From: Schaalia odontolytica
GTDB lineage: Bacteria; Actinomycetota; Actinomycetes; Actinomycetales; Actinomycetaceae
Direction of reading: 5' to 3'
Assembly: GCF_005696695.1 (NCBI RefSeq)
Contig: NZ_CP040006.1
Location: forward strand, 840,001-872,000
Length of the DNA stretch: 32,000 nucleotides
Below are positions 24,461-32,000 of this stretch, piece by piece. A program made the translations under genes and the position numbers. Below the pieces are notes generated by a model. That model searched no databases. It saw only the letters and a list, made by a program, of their open reading frames with translations, and was not told the origin of the DNA. Each line of letters opens with the position of its first letter. The stretch's first letter is position 1.

Positions 24461-25945
24461 GTGAGCGAACCCCAGTCATCGGGCGCTCTGGCCGTCGAAA
24501 TGGCCGGCCTGGACGTCATCCCCGAATCCGATCGCAAGGGAAAACCCTCCGACCTGTTCATGCCGTGGTTCGCGGCGAATATCTCGGTCCTGGGTATCTC
24601 GTGGGGCTCGTGGGTCCTCGGCTTCGGGCTTTCCCTCGCCCAGGCGGTCGTCGTGTCCGTCGTCGGCGTGGCCCTGTCCTTCCTGGTCTGCGGCCTCATC
24701 GCGATCGCCGGTAAGCGCGGCTCCGCCCCGACGCTGGTGCTGTCGCGCGCGGCCTTCGGCTTCAACGGCAACCGCATTTCGGCGGCGATCTCGTGGATCC
24801 TGACGGTGGGCTGGGAGACCTTCCTTGCGATCATGGCCGTCCAGGCCACGGCCACGGTCATGGGGGCGCTCGGCTTCACCAACCACGTTGTCGCCCAGAT
24901 CATCGCGCTGATCCTCGTCGTCGTCCTGGCGGCCGGCTCGGGCATCCTCGGCTTCGAGGCGATCATGAAGGTCCAGACGTGGATCACGTGGGCCACCGCG
25001 GCCCTGACGATCGTCTATCTGGTTCTGGTCGCACCGACGATCGACTTCGCGGTCCTCTCCTCGCGCCCCTCGGCGCCCCTGACTGCGGTCTTGGGTGCGG
25101 GCTGCATGCTCCTCGTGGGCTTCGGTTTCGGCTGGATTAACGCGGCCGCCGACTACTCGCGCTACCTGCCGCGCGCCGCCTCGACGAAGGGGGTGGTCGG
25201 CTGGACGACGGTGGGCGCGGCGCTGCCCACGGTCATCCTGGTCTTCTTCGGCATCCTCCTGGTTGGTTCGGCCGACGAGTCCCTCTCCGAGGCCATCGGC
25301 GGCGACCCGATCGGCGCGCTCACCACGCTGCTGCCCACCTGGTTCCTCATCCCCTTCGCGCTGGTTGCGATCCTGGGCCTCATCGGCGGCATCGTCATGG
25401 ACATCTACTCCTCGGGCCTGTCGCTGCTGGCCACGGGCGTGCCCGTCTCGCGTCCGGTCGCCACCGCGATCGACGGCACGATCATGACGGTCGGCACGAT
25501 CGTCGTCGTGTTCTTCGCGGACTCCTTCCTGACTCCCTTCACGGCGTTCCTCACGACCCTCGGCGTTGTCATCGCCGCGTGGGGCGGCGTCATGCTGGCG
25601 GATATCGCGCTGCGCCGCAAGGACTACGACGAGCCTTCGCTCTTCACCCCCTCGGGCCGCTACGGCTCGGTGAACTGGGGTGCTGTCGCCTCCCTGATTG
25701 TCGGCTCGCTGGTGGGCTGGGGCCTCGTCGTCAACGCGAGCGCCTCCTGGCTGTCCTGGCAGGGCTACCTCCTCGGCCCTCTGGGTGGCCGCGAGGGTGA
25801 CTGGGCGGGCGCCAACATCGGCATCCTCCTAGCGATGGTCGTCGGCTTCGTCGGCTACTGGGCGACCAGCGCGGGCCGCGTGCGCGCGCAGGAGAAGCTG
25901 CCCTCGCGCACCTACGCAGAGGGTGCGGGCGAGGACGAGCAGTGA
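24461..25945 (+). CDS. NCS1-family nucleobase permease (purine-cytosine / CodB-like)
   Basis: 494 aa, about 12 TM helices. N-terminus GLDVIPESDRKGKPSDLFMPWFAANISV is typical of the purine-cytosine permease family. GTG start, with AGGAG 6 nt upstream. Confidence 0.85.
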   Translation: MSEPQSSGALAVEMAGLDVIPESDRKGKPSDLFMPWFAANISVLGISWGSWVLGFGLSLAQAVVVSVVGVALSFLVCGLIAIAGKRGSAPTLVLSRAAFGFNGNRISAAISWILTVGWETFLAIMAVQATATVMGALGFTNHVVAQIIALILVVVLAAGSGILGFEAIMKVQTWITWATAALTIVYLVLVAPTIDFAVLSSRPSAPLTAVLGAGCMLLVGFGFGWINAAADYSRYLPRAASTKGVVGWTTVGAALPTVILVFFGILLVGSADESLSEAIGGDPIGALTTLLPTWFLIPFALVAILGLIGGIVMDIYSSGLSLLATGVPVSRPVATAIDGTIMTVGTIVVVFFADSFLTPFTAFLTTLGVVIAAWGGVMLADIALRRKDYDEPSLFTPSGRYGSVNWGAVASLIVGSLVGWGLVVNASASWLSWQGYLLGPLGGREGDWAGANIGILLAMVVGFVGYWATSAGRVRAQEKLPSRTYAEGAGEDEQ

Positions 25946-26739
25946 GCGTCGACCCGCGCTTCACGCAGGCTCTCCTCGACGATGAGGCCCAGGCCGGCGC
26001 CCGGGTCCTCACCGCTCTTGCGGGGCGCCCGGATGCGCTCGTCGTACTCGGGTCCGGCTTGGCCGAGGCTCTCGACGAGGCCTGGGGAGCCCCCGTGGCC
26101 ACCGTTTCACTGGGTGACATCCCCGGCGTCGTCACGCCGGTCGCGGACGGGCACGGCGGCGAGCTGCGCGCCTACGAGGCACGTAGGGGAGTGGTCCTCG
26201 TGGCCACGGGCCGCACGCACCTCTACGAGGGACTGGGCGCCCGCCCTGTCACGGCTCTCGCCCGAGCTGCGGTTGCCGCGGGGATCAGCCGCGCGGTCCT
26301 CACGAACGCGAACGGCTGCCTGAAGCCCTGGAACCTGGGCGACGTCATGGCGATCACCGACCACGTGAACTTCAGTGGCGCCTCGCCCTTCGACGGGCCG
26401 CTCTTCCTGGACGTGTCGGCTGTGTGGGACGCCCAGATGACGCAGGCTCTGCGCGGGGTCTGCCAGCGCGAGGGCATTTACGCGATCCTGCGCGGCCCTG
26501 AGTACCAGACCATGGCCGAGACCCGCATCCTCGCGGGCCTGGGCGTGGACTGCGTGGGCATGTCGACCGTCATGGAGGCCATCACCCTGCATGCCCTGGG
26601 CGTGCGCGTCGCCGGCATGTCGGTCGTCTCCGACCTGTCCTTCGCCGATGCCCCCACGGATCCGACCGCCGTCGTCGAGGTGGCCTCGGCGGCCCGCCAG
26701 ACCGTGGTCGCAGGCATCGAGGCGGCACTGGGCGCCTGA
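25942..26739 (+). CDS. punA: Purine nucleoside phosphorylase (trimeric PNP/PunA type)
   Basis: The GTG start overlaps the permease stop (GTGA at 25942-25945). Blocks: LVVLGSGL, GRTHLYEG, VLTNANGCL, GPEYQTMAETR, GVDCVGMSTVMEA. Confidence 0.9.
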   Translation: MSVDPRFTQALLDDEAQAGARVLTALAGRPDALVVLGSGLAEALDEAWGAPVATVSLGDIPGVVTPVADGHGGELRAYEARRGVVLVATGRTHLYEGLGARPVTALARAAVAAGISRAVLTNANGCLKPWNLGDVMAITDHVNFSGASPFDGPLFLDVSAVWDAQMTQALRGVCQREGIYAILRGPEYQTMAETRILAGLGVDCVGMSTVMEAITLHALGVRVAGMSVVSDLSFADAPTDPTAVVEVASAARQTVVAGIEAALGA

Positions 26740-26754
26740 GCAGGAACCAGACGC

Positions 26755-26810
26755 AAACGAGGCCGTGGCCGGGAGGTGGATGTCCACCGTTCCCGGCCAC
26801 GGCCTCGTTT
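26755..26810. terminator. Bidirectional terminator hairpin between punA and the convergent lyase gene (REP-like family member)
   Basis: AAACGAGGCCGTGGCCGGGA (26755-26774) pairs with TCCCGGCCACGGCCTCGTTT (26791-26810) as a perfect 20-bp stem. GGTGGA pairs with TCCACC as a 6-bp inner stem. Confidence 0.8.
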
Positions 26811-26824
26811 CGTGTAGAAGACGC

Positions 26825-27997
26825 TTACAGCAGGCCGAGGACCCTCTCCACGATCCGCGAGGCCACGTCGGGGGCGCACGCCAGGTTGATGCGCGCCCAC
26901 GAGGCGTAGTCCGCTCCCAGGGTGCGGCCCTCGTTGGCGGCGATGCGGGCGCGCTCGCGCAGCGTCGCGGCGGGGGAGAGGGGACCCAGGTCGACTCCCT
27001 CGAAGCCCCACCATGTCAGGTAGGTGCCCTCGGGGCGCACGAAGTCGATTGGTGTATCCGCGAGAGCGCGTTCGACGAGGTCCACGTTGGAGCGGATCAG
27101 GTCCTTGACCTCGCGCTGCCAGGCATCGCCGCGCTCGTAGGCGGCGATAGCGCCCACGGTGCCGATGACGTTGGCGTCGTGGCGCACGTCGGCGGCGAAA
27201 ACGTCCCAGCGCTCGCGCAGCGCCCCGTCGGGCAGGATCACCTGCGCGGAGGGCAGGCCTGCGATGTTCCAGCCCTTCGACGCGGCGGTCGCCGTCACCG
27301 TGTGGGACGCGAACGAGGGACCGAGCGACGCGTAGGAGACGAAAGGAATCGACTCATCCAACACGAGGGAGGAGTGGATCTCGTCGGAGAACACGAGGGC
27401 GTCGTACTCGCGGACCACGTCATGCAGGGCGCGCAGCTCGTCCTCGCGCAGGACGCGGCCGACCGGGTTCCACGGGTTGCACAGGATGACGAGGCCGGCC
27501 CCAGCCTCGAGCCCCGCGCGGATCCCCTCCAGGTCGAGCGCCCAGCCGCGCCCGCCGGCGCGCGTGCCACGCAGCGAGGGAACCTCGATGACGGGGTGGT
27601 CGAACTTGCCTGGGATCGTCAGGAACGGCATGTAGGCGGGGGTGGGCACGATGATCGGCGCGCCCGGGCGCACCAGGTGCTCAATTGTCGCCTCGAGCGC
27701 GGGCAGGACCGAGGCCACGAGGCGCACGTGCGAGGCGTCCACGTCCCAGCCGAAGCGGCGCTTCTGGAACTCGGCGGTCGCGCCTGCGATGCGGGGTTCC
27801 AGCCAGGTCGGCTGGTACCCGAGCAGGCCGTCGTCGATCGCGCCCTTCATCGCGTCGGCCACCTCCGGGGCCGTCCCGAAGTCCATTTCCGCGACCCACG
27901 CGCCGATCGTCGGCTCACCGCTCGCGGCCGTGATGCCGGTCCACTTCAGGGAGCCGGTGCGGTAGAGGTGGGAGTCGGAAAAGAGACGAACGGACAC
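26825..27997 (-). CDS. Class I/II aminotransferase-fold C-S lyase (MalY/PatB cystathionine beta-lyase type)
   Basis: 390 aa. N-terminus YRTGSLKWTG... is typical of the MalY/PatB family. ILCNPWNPVGRVL, FSDEIHSSL and the PLP-lysine region ATAASKGWNIAG are present. GTG start, with AGGAGG 5 nt upstream. Confidence 0.85.
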   Translation of the reverse strand: MSVRLFSDSHLYRTGSLKWTGITAASGEPTIGAWVAEMDFGTAPEVADAMKGAIDDGLLGYQPTWLEPRIAGATAEFQKRRFGWDVDASHVRLVASVLPALEATIEHLVRPGAPIIVPTPAYMPFLTIPGKFDHPVIEVPSLRGTRAGGRGWALDLEGIRAGLEAGAGLVILCNPWNPVGRVLREDELRALHDVVREYDALVFSDEIHSSLVLDESIPFVSYASLGPSFASHTVTATAASKGWNIAGLPSAQVILPDGALRERWDVFAADVRHDANVIGTVGAIAAYERGDAWQREVKDLIRSNVDLVERALADTPIDFVRPEGTYLTWWGFEGVDLGPLSPAATLRERARIAANEGRTLGADYASWARINLACAPDVASRIVERVLGLL

Positions 27998-28141
27998 GGT
28001 GTCCTCCTGGATGAGTCGGTGGATACGGCGCGGGCCGATCCCGGTGATGCAACCAGCCTATCCGCGCCACCGGCGCGCGTCGCAGCGCGCCCACCCATCA
28101 AGCAAATGCAACAGCCACCGCTGGAGTAGGATGGAGGAATC

Positions 28142-29647
28142 ATGAGTGAAACAACTGCCACCGGTGCCGACGTTCGCGTCCGCTTCTGCCCCTCGCCCAC
28201 AGGAACCCCTCACGTCGGCATGGTCCGTACGTGCCTGTTCAACTGGGCCTATGCCCGCCACACGGGAGGAACCTTCGTCTTCCGCATTGAAGACACGGAT
28301 GCCGCCCGCGACTCCCAGGAGTCCTTCGACCAGATCATCGAGTCCCTGCAGTGGCTGGGCCTCGACTGGGACGAGGGCGTCGGTAAGGGAGGCCCACACG
28401 GCCCCTACCGCCAGAGCGAGCGCATGGACATCTACCGTGACGTGGCCGCCCGCCTGCTCGAGGCCGGCTACGCCTACGAGTCCTACTCGACCCCTGAGGA
28501 GATCGAGGAGCGTCACCGCGCCAATGGTGAGGACCCCAAGCTCGGCTATGACGGCTTCGACCGCAACCTGACGGAAGAGCAGATCGCCGCCTACCGCGCC
28601 GAGGGCCGCCAGCCCGTCCTGCGCCTGCGTATGCCCGACGAGGACATCACGTTCACGGACCTGATCCGCGGCGAGATCACCTTCAAGGCCGGCTCGGTTC
28701 CGGACTACGTCATCGTGCGCGCCAACGGCCACCCGCTCTACACGCTGGTGAACCCGATCGACGACGCGCTCATGGAGATCACCCACGTGCTGCGCGGCGA
28801 GGACCTGCTTTCCTCGACGCCCCGCCAGATCGTCCTGTACCGCGCGCTCGAGGCCATTGGCGTCGCCAAGTTCATGCCGCGCTTCGGCCACCTGCCCTAC
28901 GTCATGGGCGAGGGTAATAAGAAGCTGTCCAAGCGCGACCCCGAGTCGAATCTGCTGCTGCACAAGGCTGCCGGCATGATCCCCGAGGGCCTCAACAACT
29001 ACCTGGCCCTCCTGGGCTGGTCGATTGCCGCGGACCGCGACATCTTCTCCATGGAGGAAATGGCCCAGGCCTTCGACATCTCGGACGTGAACCCGAACCC
29101 GGCGCGTTTTGACCAGAAGAAGGCCATCGCCATCAACGCAGAGCAGATCCGTCTGCTGGACGGCGAAGACTTCCGTAACCGCCTGGTGCCCTTCCTGCAC
29201 CGCGACGAGGTTGTTTCGGCCGACTCCTTCGAGGCGCTCACCGATCGCGAGCGCGAGATCCTCACCGAGGCCGCGCCGCTCATCCAGACGCGCATCCAGC
29301 TCCTCGGCGAGGCCACGGGCATGCTCGGATTCCTCTTCGTCGCCGACGACGCGCTGGAGACGGACGAGAAGGCCGTTTCCAAGCTCAAGGACAACGCCGT
29401 GGACGTCCTGGACGCCGCCATCGAGATCGTCGAGGGCCTGACCGAGTTCACGACCGCGTCCCTCGAGGAGTCGCTGCGCGCACGCATCGTCGACGAGATG
29501 GGCGTTAAGCCCCGTCTGGCCTTCGGCCCGCTGCGCGTCGCCGTGACCGGCCGTCAGGTCTCCCCGCCGCTGTTCGAGTCCATGGAGATCCTGGGTCGCG
29601 AGTCCTCGCTGACCCGCCTGCGTGCCCTGCGCGCCTCCCTGGCCTGA
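28142..29647 (+). CDS. gltX: Glutamate--tRNA ligase
   Basis: 501 aa. HIGH-type motif [15 protein letters not shown]-type motif KLSKR, and FRIEDTD. GGAGGAATC lies upstream of the ATG. Confidence 0.95.
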   Translation: MSETTATGADVRVRFCPSPTGTPHVGMVRTCLFNWAYARHTGGTFVFRIEDTDAARDSQESFDQIIESLQWLGLDWDEGVGKGGPHGPYRQSERMDIYRDVAARLLEAGYAYESYSTPEEIEERHRANGEDPKLGYDGFDRNLTEEQIAAYRAEGRQPVLRLRMPDEDITFTDLIRGEITFKAGSVPDYVIVRANGHPLYTLVNPIDDALMEITHVLRGEDLLSSTPRQIVLYRALEAIGVAKFMPRFGHLPYVMGEGNKKLSKRDPESNLLLHKAAGMIPEGLNNYLALLGWSIAADRDIFSMEEMAQAFDISDVNPNPARFDQKKAIAINAEQIRLLDGEDFRNRLVPFLHRDEVVSADSFEALTDREREILTEAAPLIQTRIQLLGEATGMLGFLFVADDALETDEKAVSKLKDNAVDVLDAAIEIVEGLTEFTTASLEESLRARIVDEMGVKPRLAFGPLRVAVTGRQVSPPLFESMEILGRESSLTRLRALRASLA

Positions 29648-29658
29648 TCGCTGAGACC

Positions 29659-29701
29659 AGCCCCGGCCTCGTCGCCCTGTCTGCGGGACGAGGCCGGGGC
29701 T
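29659..29701 (+). terminator. Hairpin 3' of gltX (REP-like family member)
   Basis: AGCCCCGGCCTCGTC pairs with GACGAGGCCGGGGCT as a perfect 15-bp stem with a 13-nt loop. Followed by TCGTCGTG, a poor U-tract. Confidence 0.55.
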
Positions 29702-29771
29702 TCGTCGTGCCCGGAGGAGTCCCGATTGTGGGGGGAGAGGCAGTGGGTGATCGGGACCACTGGCCTTCGAT

Positions 29772-29800
29772 TTGGCATGAGGGCGTCGGTCCGCTACAGT
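29772..29800 (+). promoter_or_regulatory. Candidate sigma-70-type promoter for the tRNA cluster
   Basis: TTGGCA (29772-29777), a 17-nt spacer, then TACAGT (29795-29800), about 45 nt upstream of tRNA-Gln. Confidence 0.45.
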
Positions 29801-29846
29801 TATCTCCTGTCGCCAGCGACGTGAAAGCGAAGCAGGTGATACCCAA

Positions 29847-29918
29847 TGGGGTATGGTGTAATTGGCAACACAGCTGATTCTGGTTCAGCCATTCTAGGTT
29901 CGAGTCCTGGTACCCCAG
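29847..29918 (+). tRNA. tRNA-Gln (anticodon CTG)
   Basis: Manual cloverleaf fold. Acceptor TGGGGTA/TACCCCA, D-arm GTGT..ACAC, anticodon stem GCTGA/TCAGC with loop TTCTGGT, T-arm CTAGG-TTCGAGT-CCTGG. 72 nt, no encoded CCA. Confidence 0.9.
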
Positions 29919-29945
29919 CGATCTGAAGCGCAAGTTTCAGTCAAG

Positions 29946-30018
29946 GCCCCCATCGTCTAGCGGCCTAGGACGACGCCCTCTCACGGCGTTAACACCGGTT
30001 CAAATCCGGTTGGGGGTA
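29946..30018 (+). tRNA. tRNA-Glu (anticodon CTC), copy 1
   Basis: Manual fold. Acceptor GCCCCCA/TGGGGGT, anticodon stem ACGCC/GGCGT with loop CTCTCAC, T-arm ACCGG-TTCAAAT-CCGGT. 73 nt. Confidence 0.9.
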
Positions 30019-30039
30019 CGGATTCATAAGTGAATCAAG

Positions 30040-30112
30040 GCCCCCATCGTCTAGCGGCCTAGGACGACGCCCTCTCACGGCGTTAACACCGGTTCAAATC
30101 CGGTTGGGGGTA
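30040..30112 (+). tRNA. tRNA-Glu (anticodon CTC), copy 2
   Basis: Identical over 73 nt to copy 1, plus the 5 nt TCAAG upstream. The repeat period is 94 bp. This copy is followed by CCA (30113-30115). Confidence 0.9.
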
Positions 30113-30118
30113 CCAATG

Positions 30119-30152
30119 ACCTCGTCACCTGAGCGGTGGCGAGGTTTTTGTT
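30119..30152 (+). terminator. Intrinsic terminator of the tRNA cluster
   Basis: ACCTCGTCACC pairs with GGTGGCGAGGT as an 11-bp stem with one G-U pair. The loop is TGAGC, followed by TTTTGTT. Confidence 0.8.
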
Positions 30153-30271
30153 AACCGATCGGTCCGCGTATTTCCTTGTGCTTTGCAGAAAAGTTTCGGA
30201 ACTGTTGCAGTGTGTCTAACCTAGGAGCAGCCCCCATGGGAGGGGACCGCTTTTGGACGAGGGAGTCTGTC

Positions 30272-32000
30272 GTGACATACCGACTCAATAGGACAATGCT
30301 GCGCCGAACGTTGGGCGTTGGCGCTGCTATCGCGCTGATGGGAGGTGTACTTCCAACCGCGTGGGCCGCGCCCGGGACGGAAACGTCAAACGGGGGAAAC
30401 GATGCGACTGCTGCCGACGCGGGAGCTGCTGGCGCCGCCGCCGACGTGCTGGTGACAATTCCCGGTAACCACAACGCGGCGATGGGATGCGACGCGGACT
30501 GGGCACCTGCCTGCGATAAGGCTGTGCTCAAGCGCGACGCGACGGGCGTGTACAGTGCGACGTTCACGCTGCCGGCCGGCGATTACCAGTACAAGGTTGC
30601 CGAGGGCGGCTCGTGGGACACGTCGTTTGGTGCCGGGGGCGCTGCGGGGGGAGCGAACATCTCCTACACCCTGACCGAGACGACGTCCGTCACCTTCTTC
30701 TACAACCGTGCGACGCACCGCGTGTGGAACACCGCCACCGACCAGATGGTGACGCTGCCTGGCTCTTTCCAGAAGGCGCTGGGCTGCACGGACAACTGGA
30801 AGCCCGAATGCCTGGCACCCCTCATGGAGCCGGTGGGGGACGGGACCTACACCTACGCCACCACCGCGCTGCCTGAGGGCGACTACGAGTTCAAGGTTGC
30901 CGTTGGCGGGTCCGACAACGAGAATTACGGGCAAGATGGCGCCATCGGCGGTGCCAACTACCAGTTTGCAACGAAAGCGAACAAGCTCGTGACCTTCACC
31001 TACGATTCTCAGACGCACAAGGTCGACATCGCGAGCGCTGACGCCCCGGTCGCGGGCGCCGGCGAGCAGCGCGCCTACTGGGTGACCTCGAACATTCTCG
31101 CGTGGCCGACGTCGCTGCTCCCCGAGGGCGTGACCCGCGCGCAGGTCCTCGACGGTTCCGTGAAGCTCTCCTACGAGCTGGTGACCGCCCCCGAGGGTGG
31201 CGCTGGCCTGGCTGATGGTGCCGTCACGGGCGCTTCGACGAGCACCCTGACCGTCGCGGGCGACCTGCCCGCCGATGTGACGACGGCCCACCCGAATCTC
31301 AACGGCTACATCGCCCTGAAGGCTTCCCTTGACGAGGCCGGGGCTCGCGAGGCCCTCACCGGCCAGATCGCGGTCGCCCAGAAGTCGGGGGAGAGCGTCA
31401 ATGCCTTCACCGGCGTGCAGATCGCTCCCGTCCTCGACTCGCTGTACGCTGCGAAGGCCACCCAGGCCTCGTACGGCGTGGGCTGGAACGAGGCGGGTAA
31501 CCCGACGTTCGCGCTGTGGGCACCGACCGCTAAGAACGTGACCCTGCTGTCGTGGAACACCTCGACCCCGCGCGGCTCCGACGCCGACGTGCAGGGTGAC
31601 GGCCTGCGTACCGCCGCCGTGCGCGGCGAGGACGGCCGCTGGAGCGTGGACAACGCTGCCGGCGAGATCCACGAGGGTGCCCAGTACCTGTGGGAGGTCA
31701 GTGTCTACGTGCCCGAGACGGGCAAGGTCGAGACGAACCTCGTGACCGACCCCTACTCGGTGGCTCTGACCGTCGACTCCACGCGCTCCGTCGCCGTCAA
31801 CATGGACAACCCGTCGATCGCCCCCTCGATGTGGACGGACTCCAAGGCCCCCGTCATCGAGGACGACGCTCAGCGCTCCATCTACGAGCTGCACGTGCGC
31901 GACTTCTCCGCCGCGGATACGTCGGTGCCCGAGTACATGCGCGGCACCTACATGGCCTTCACGCAGTTCCAGTCCAACGGCATGCGTCACCTGGCTGAGC
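30272..32000 (+). CDS. pulA: Secreted pullulanase / alpha-1,6-glucosidase (GH13) with N-terminal carbohydrate-binding modules; 3' end lies outside the window
   Basis: This frame is open to the window end and is not in the ORF track; I translated it by hand. It contains a signal peptide (MLRRTLGVGAAIALMGGVLPTAWA-AP) and two tandem Cys-containing modules. It also has AYWVTSNILAWP, a CBM48-like FALWAPTAKNVTLLSW, and the pullulanase block SIYELHVRDFS. Start candidates are ATG 30236 (AGGAG 8 nt upstream), GTG 30272 (GGGAG 6 nt upstream) and ATG 30296. Confidence 0.85.
   Translation, partial: MTYRLNRTMLRRTLGVGAAIALMGGVLPTAWAAPGTETSNGGNDATAADAGAAGAAADVLVTIPGNHNAAMGCDADWAPACDKAVLKRDATGVYSATFTLPAGDYQYKVAEGGSWDTSFGAGGAAGGANISYTLTETTSVTFFYNRATHRVWNTATDQMVTLPGSFQKALGCTDNWKPECLAPLMEPVGDGTYTYATTALPEGDYEFKVAVGGSDNENYGQDGAIGGANYQFATKANKLVTFTYDSQTHKVDIASADAPVAGAGEQRAYWVTSNILAWPTSLLPEGVTRAQVLDGSVKLSYELVTAPEGGAGLADGAVTGASTSTLTVAGDLPADVTTAHPNLNGYIALKASLDEAGAREALTGQIAVAQKSGESVNAFTGVQIAPVLDSLYAAKATQASYGVGWNEAGNPTFALWAPTAKNVTLLSWNTSTPRGSDADVQGDGLRTAAVRGEDGRWSVDNAAGEIHEGAQYLWEVSVYVPETGKVETNLVTDPYSVALTVDSTRSVAVNMDNPSIAPSMWTDSKAPVIEDDAQRSIYELHVRDFSAADTSVPEYMRGTYMAFTQFQSNGMRHLAE

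Noticed and set aside
1-32000. Scan for CRISPR arrays, IS elements or transposases, integrases, phage genes, rRNA, tmRNA, RNase P and SRP RNA.
   Set aside because: I saw no regularly spaced direct repeats of CRISPR type and no DDE- or tyrosine-recombinase-like translations. I recognised no structured-RNA signatures. The only tandem repeat units are the tRNA-Glu duplication and the TCAGGGG triplet.

Overview
GC-rich, actinobacterial-type chromosomal window; the gene content looks Actinomycetaceae-like, but no taxon can be proven from sequence alone. It is densely coding: about 28 protein genes and 3 tRNAs, mostly core metabolism.

Gene order:
- ilvE (5'-truncated)
- divergent LysR regulator and YeiH-type transporter
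- cydD/cydC-like ABC exporter pair
- manA
- class-I glutamine amidotransferase and a short MetE-like methyltransferase (minus strand)
- ilvD and a circularly permuted lplA
- marC-family gene and yggS (minus strand)
- yccF and ybaK
- a visibly lower-GC islet: dinJ-yafQ toxin-antitoxin, a membrane protein, a VOC/bleomycin-resistance-like protein, and an NAD(P)H oxidoreductase with a TetR regulator
- a large SF2 helicase (minus strand)
- an alanine/glycine:cation symporter, an FAH-family hydrolase, and an NCS1 permease coupled to punA
- a PatB/MalY-type lyase (minus strand)
- gltX, then tRNA-Gln and two identical tRNA-Glu
- a secreted pullulanase (3'-truncated)

I saw no CRISPR array, transposase, integrase, phage module or recognisable defence or biosynthetic cluster. 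I cannot honestly point to a new multi-gene system.

The most unusual signals are non-coding:
1. A REP-like family of hairpins sharing the core ACGAGGCCG[T/G]GG in eight intergenic spacers, including a 27/28-nt copy pair.
2. Three TCAGGGG direct repeats phased at exactly 11 bp between yggS and yccF.
3. Eight genes with a TANNNT hexamer 6-7 nt upstream of the ATG, suggesting leaderless mRNAs.
4. A perfect 8+8 palindrome over the promoter of the oxidoreductase-TetR operon.

All product calls come from motifs I recognise in the translations. No database search was run.
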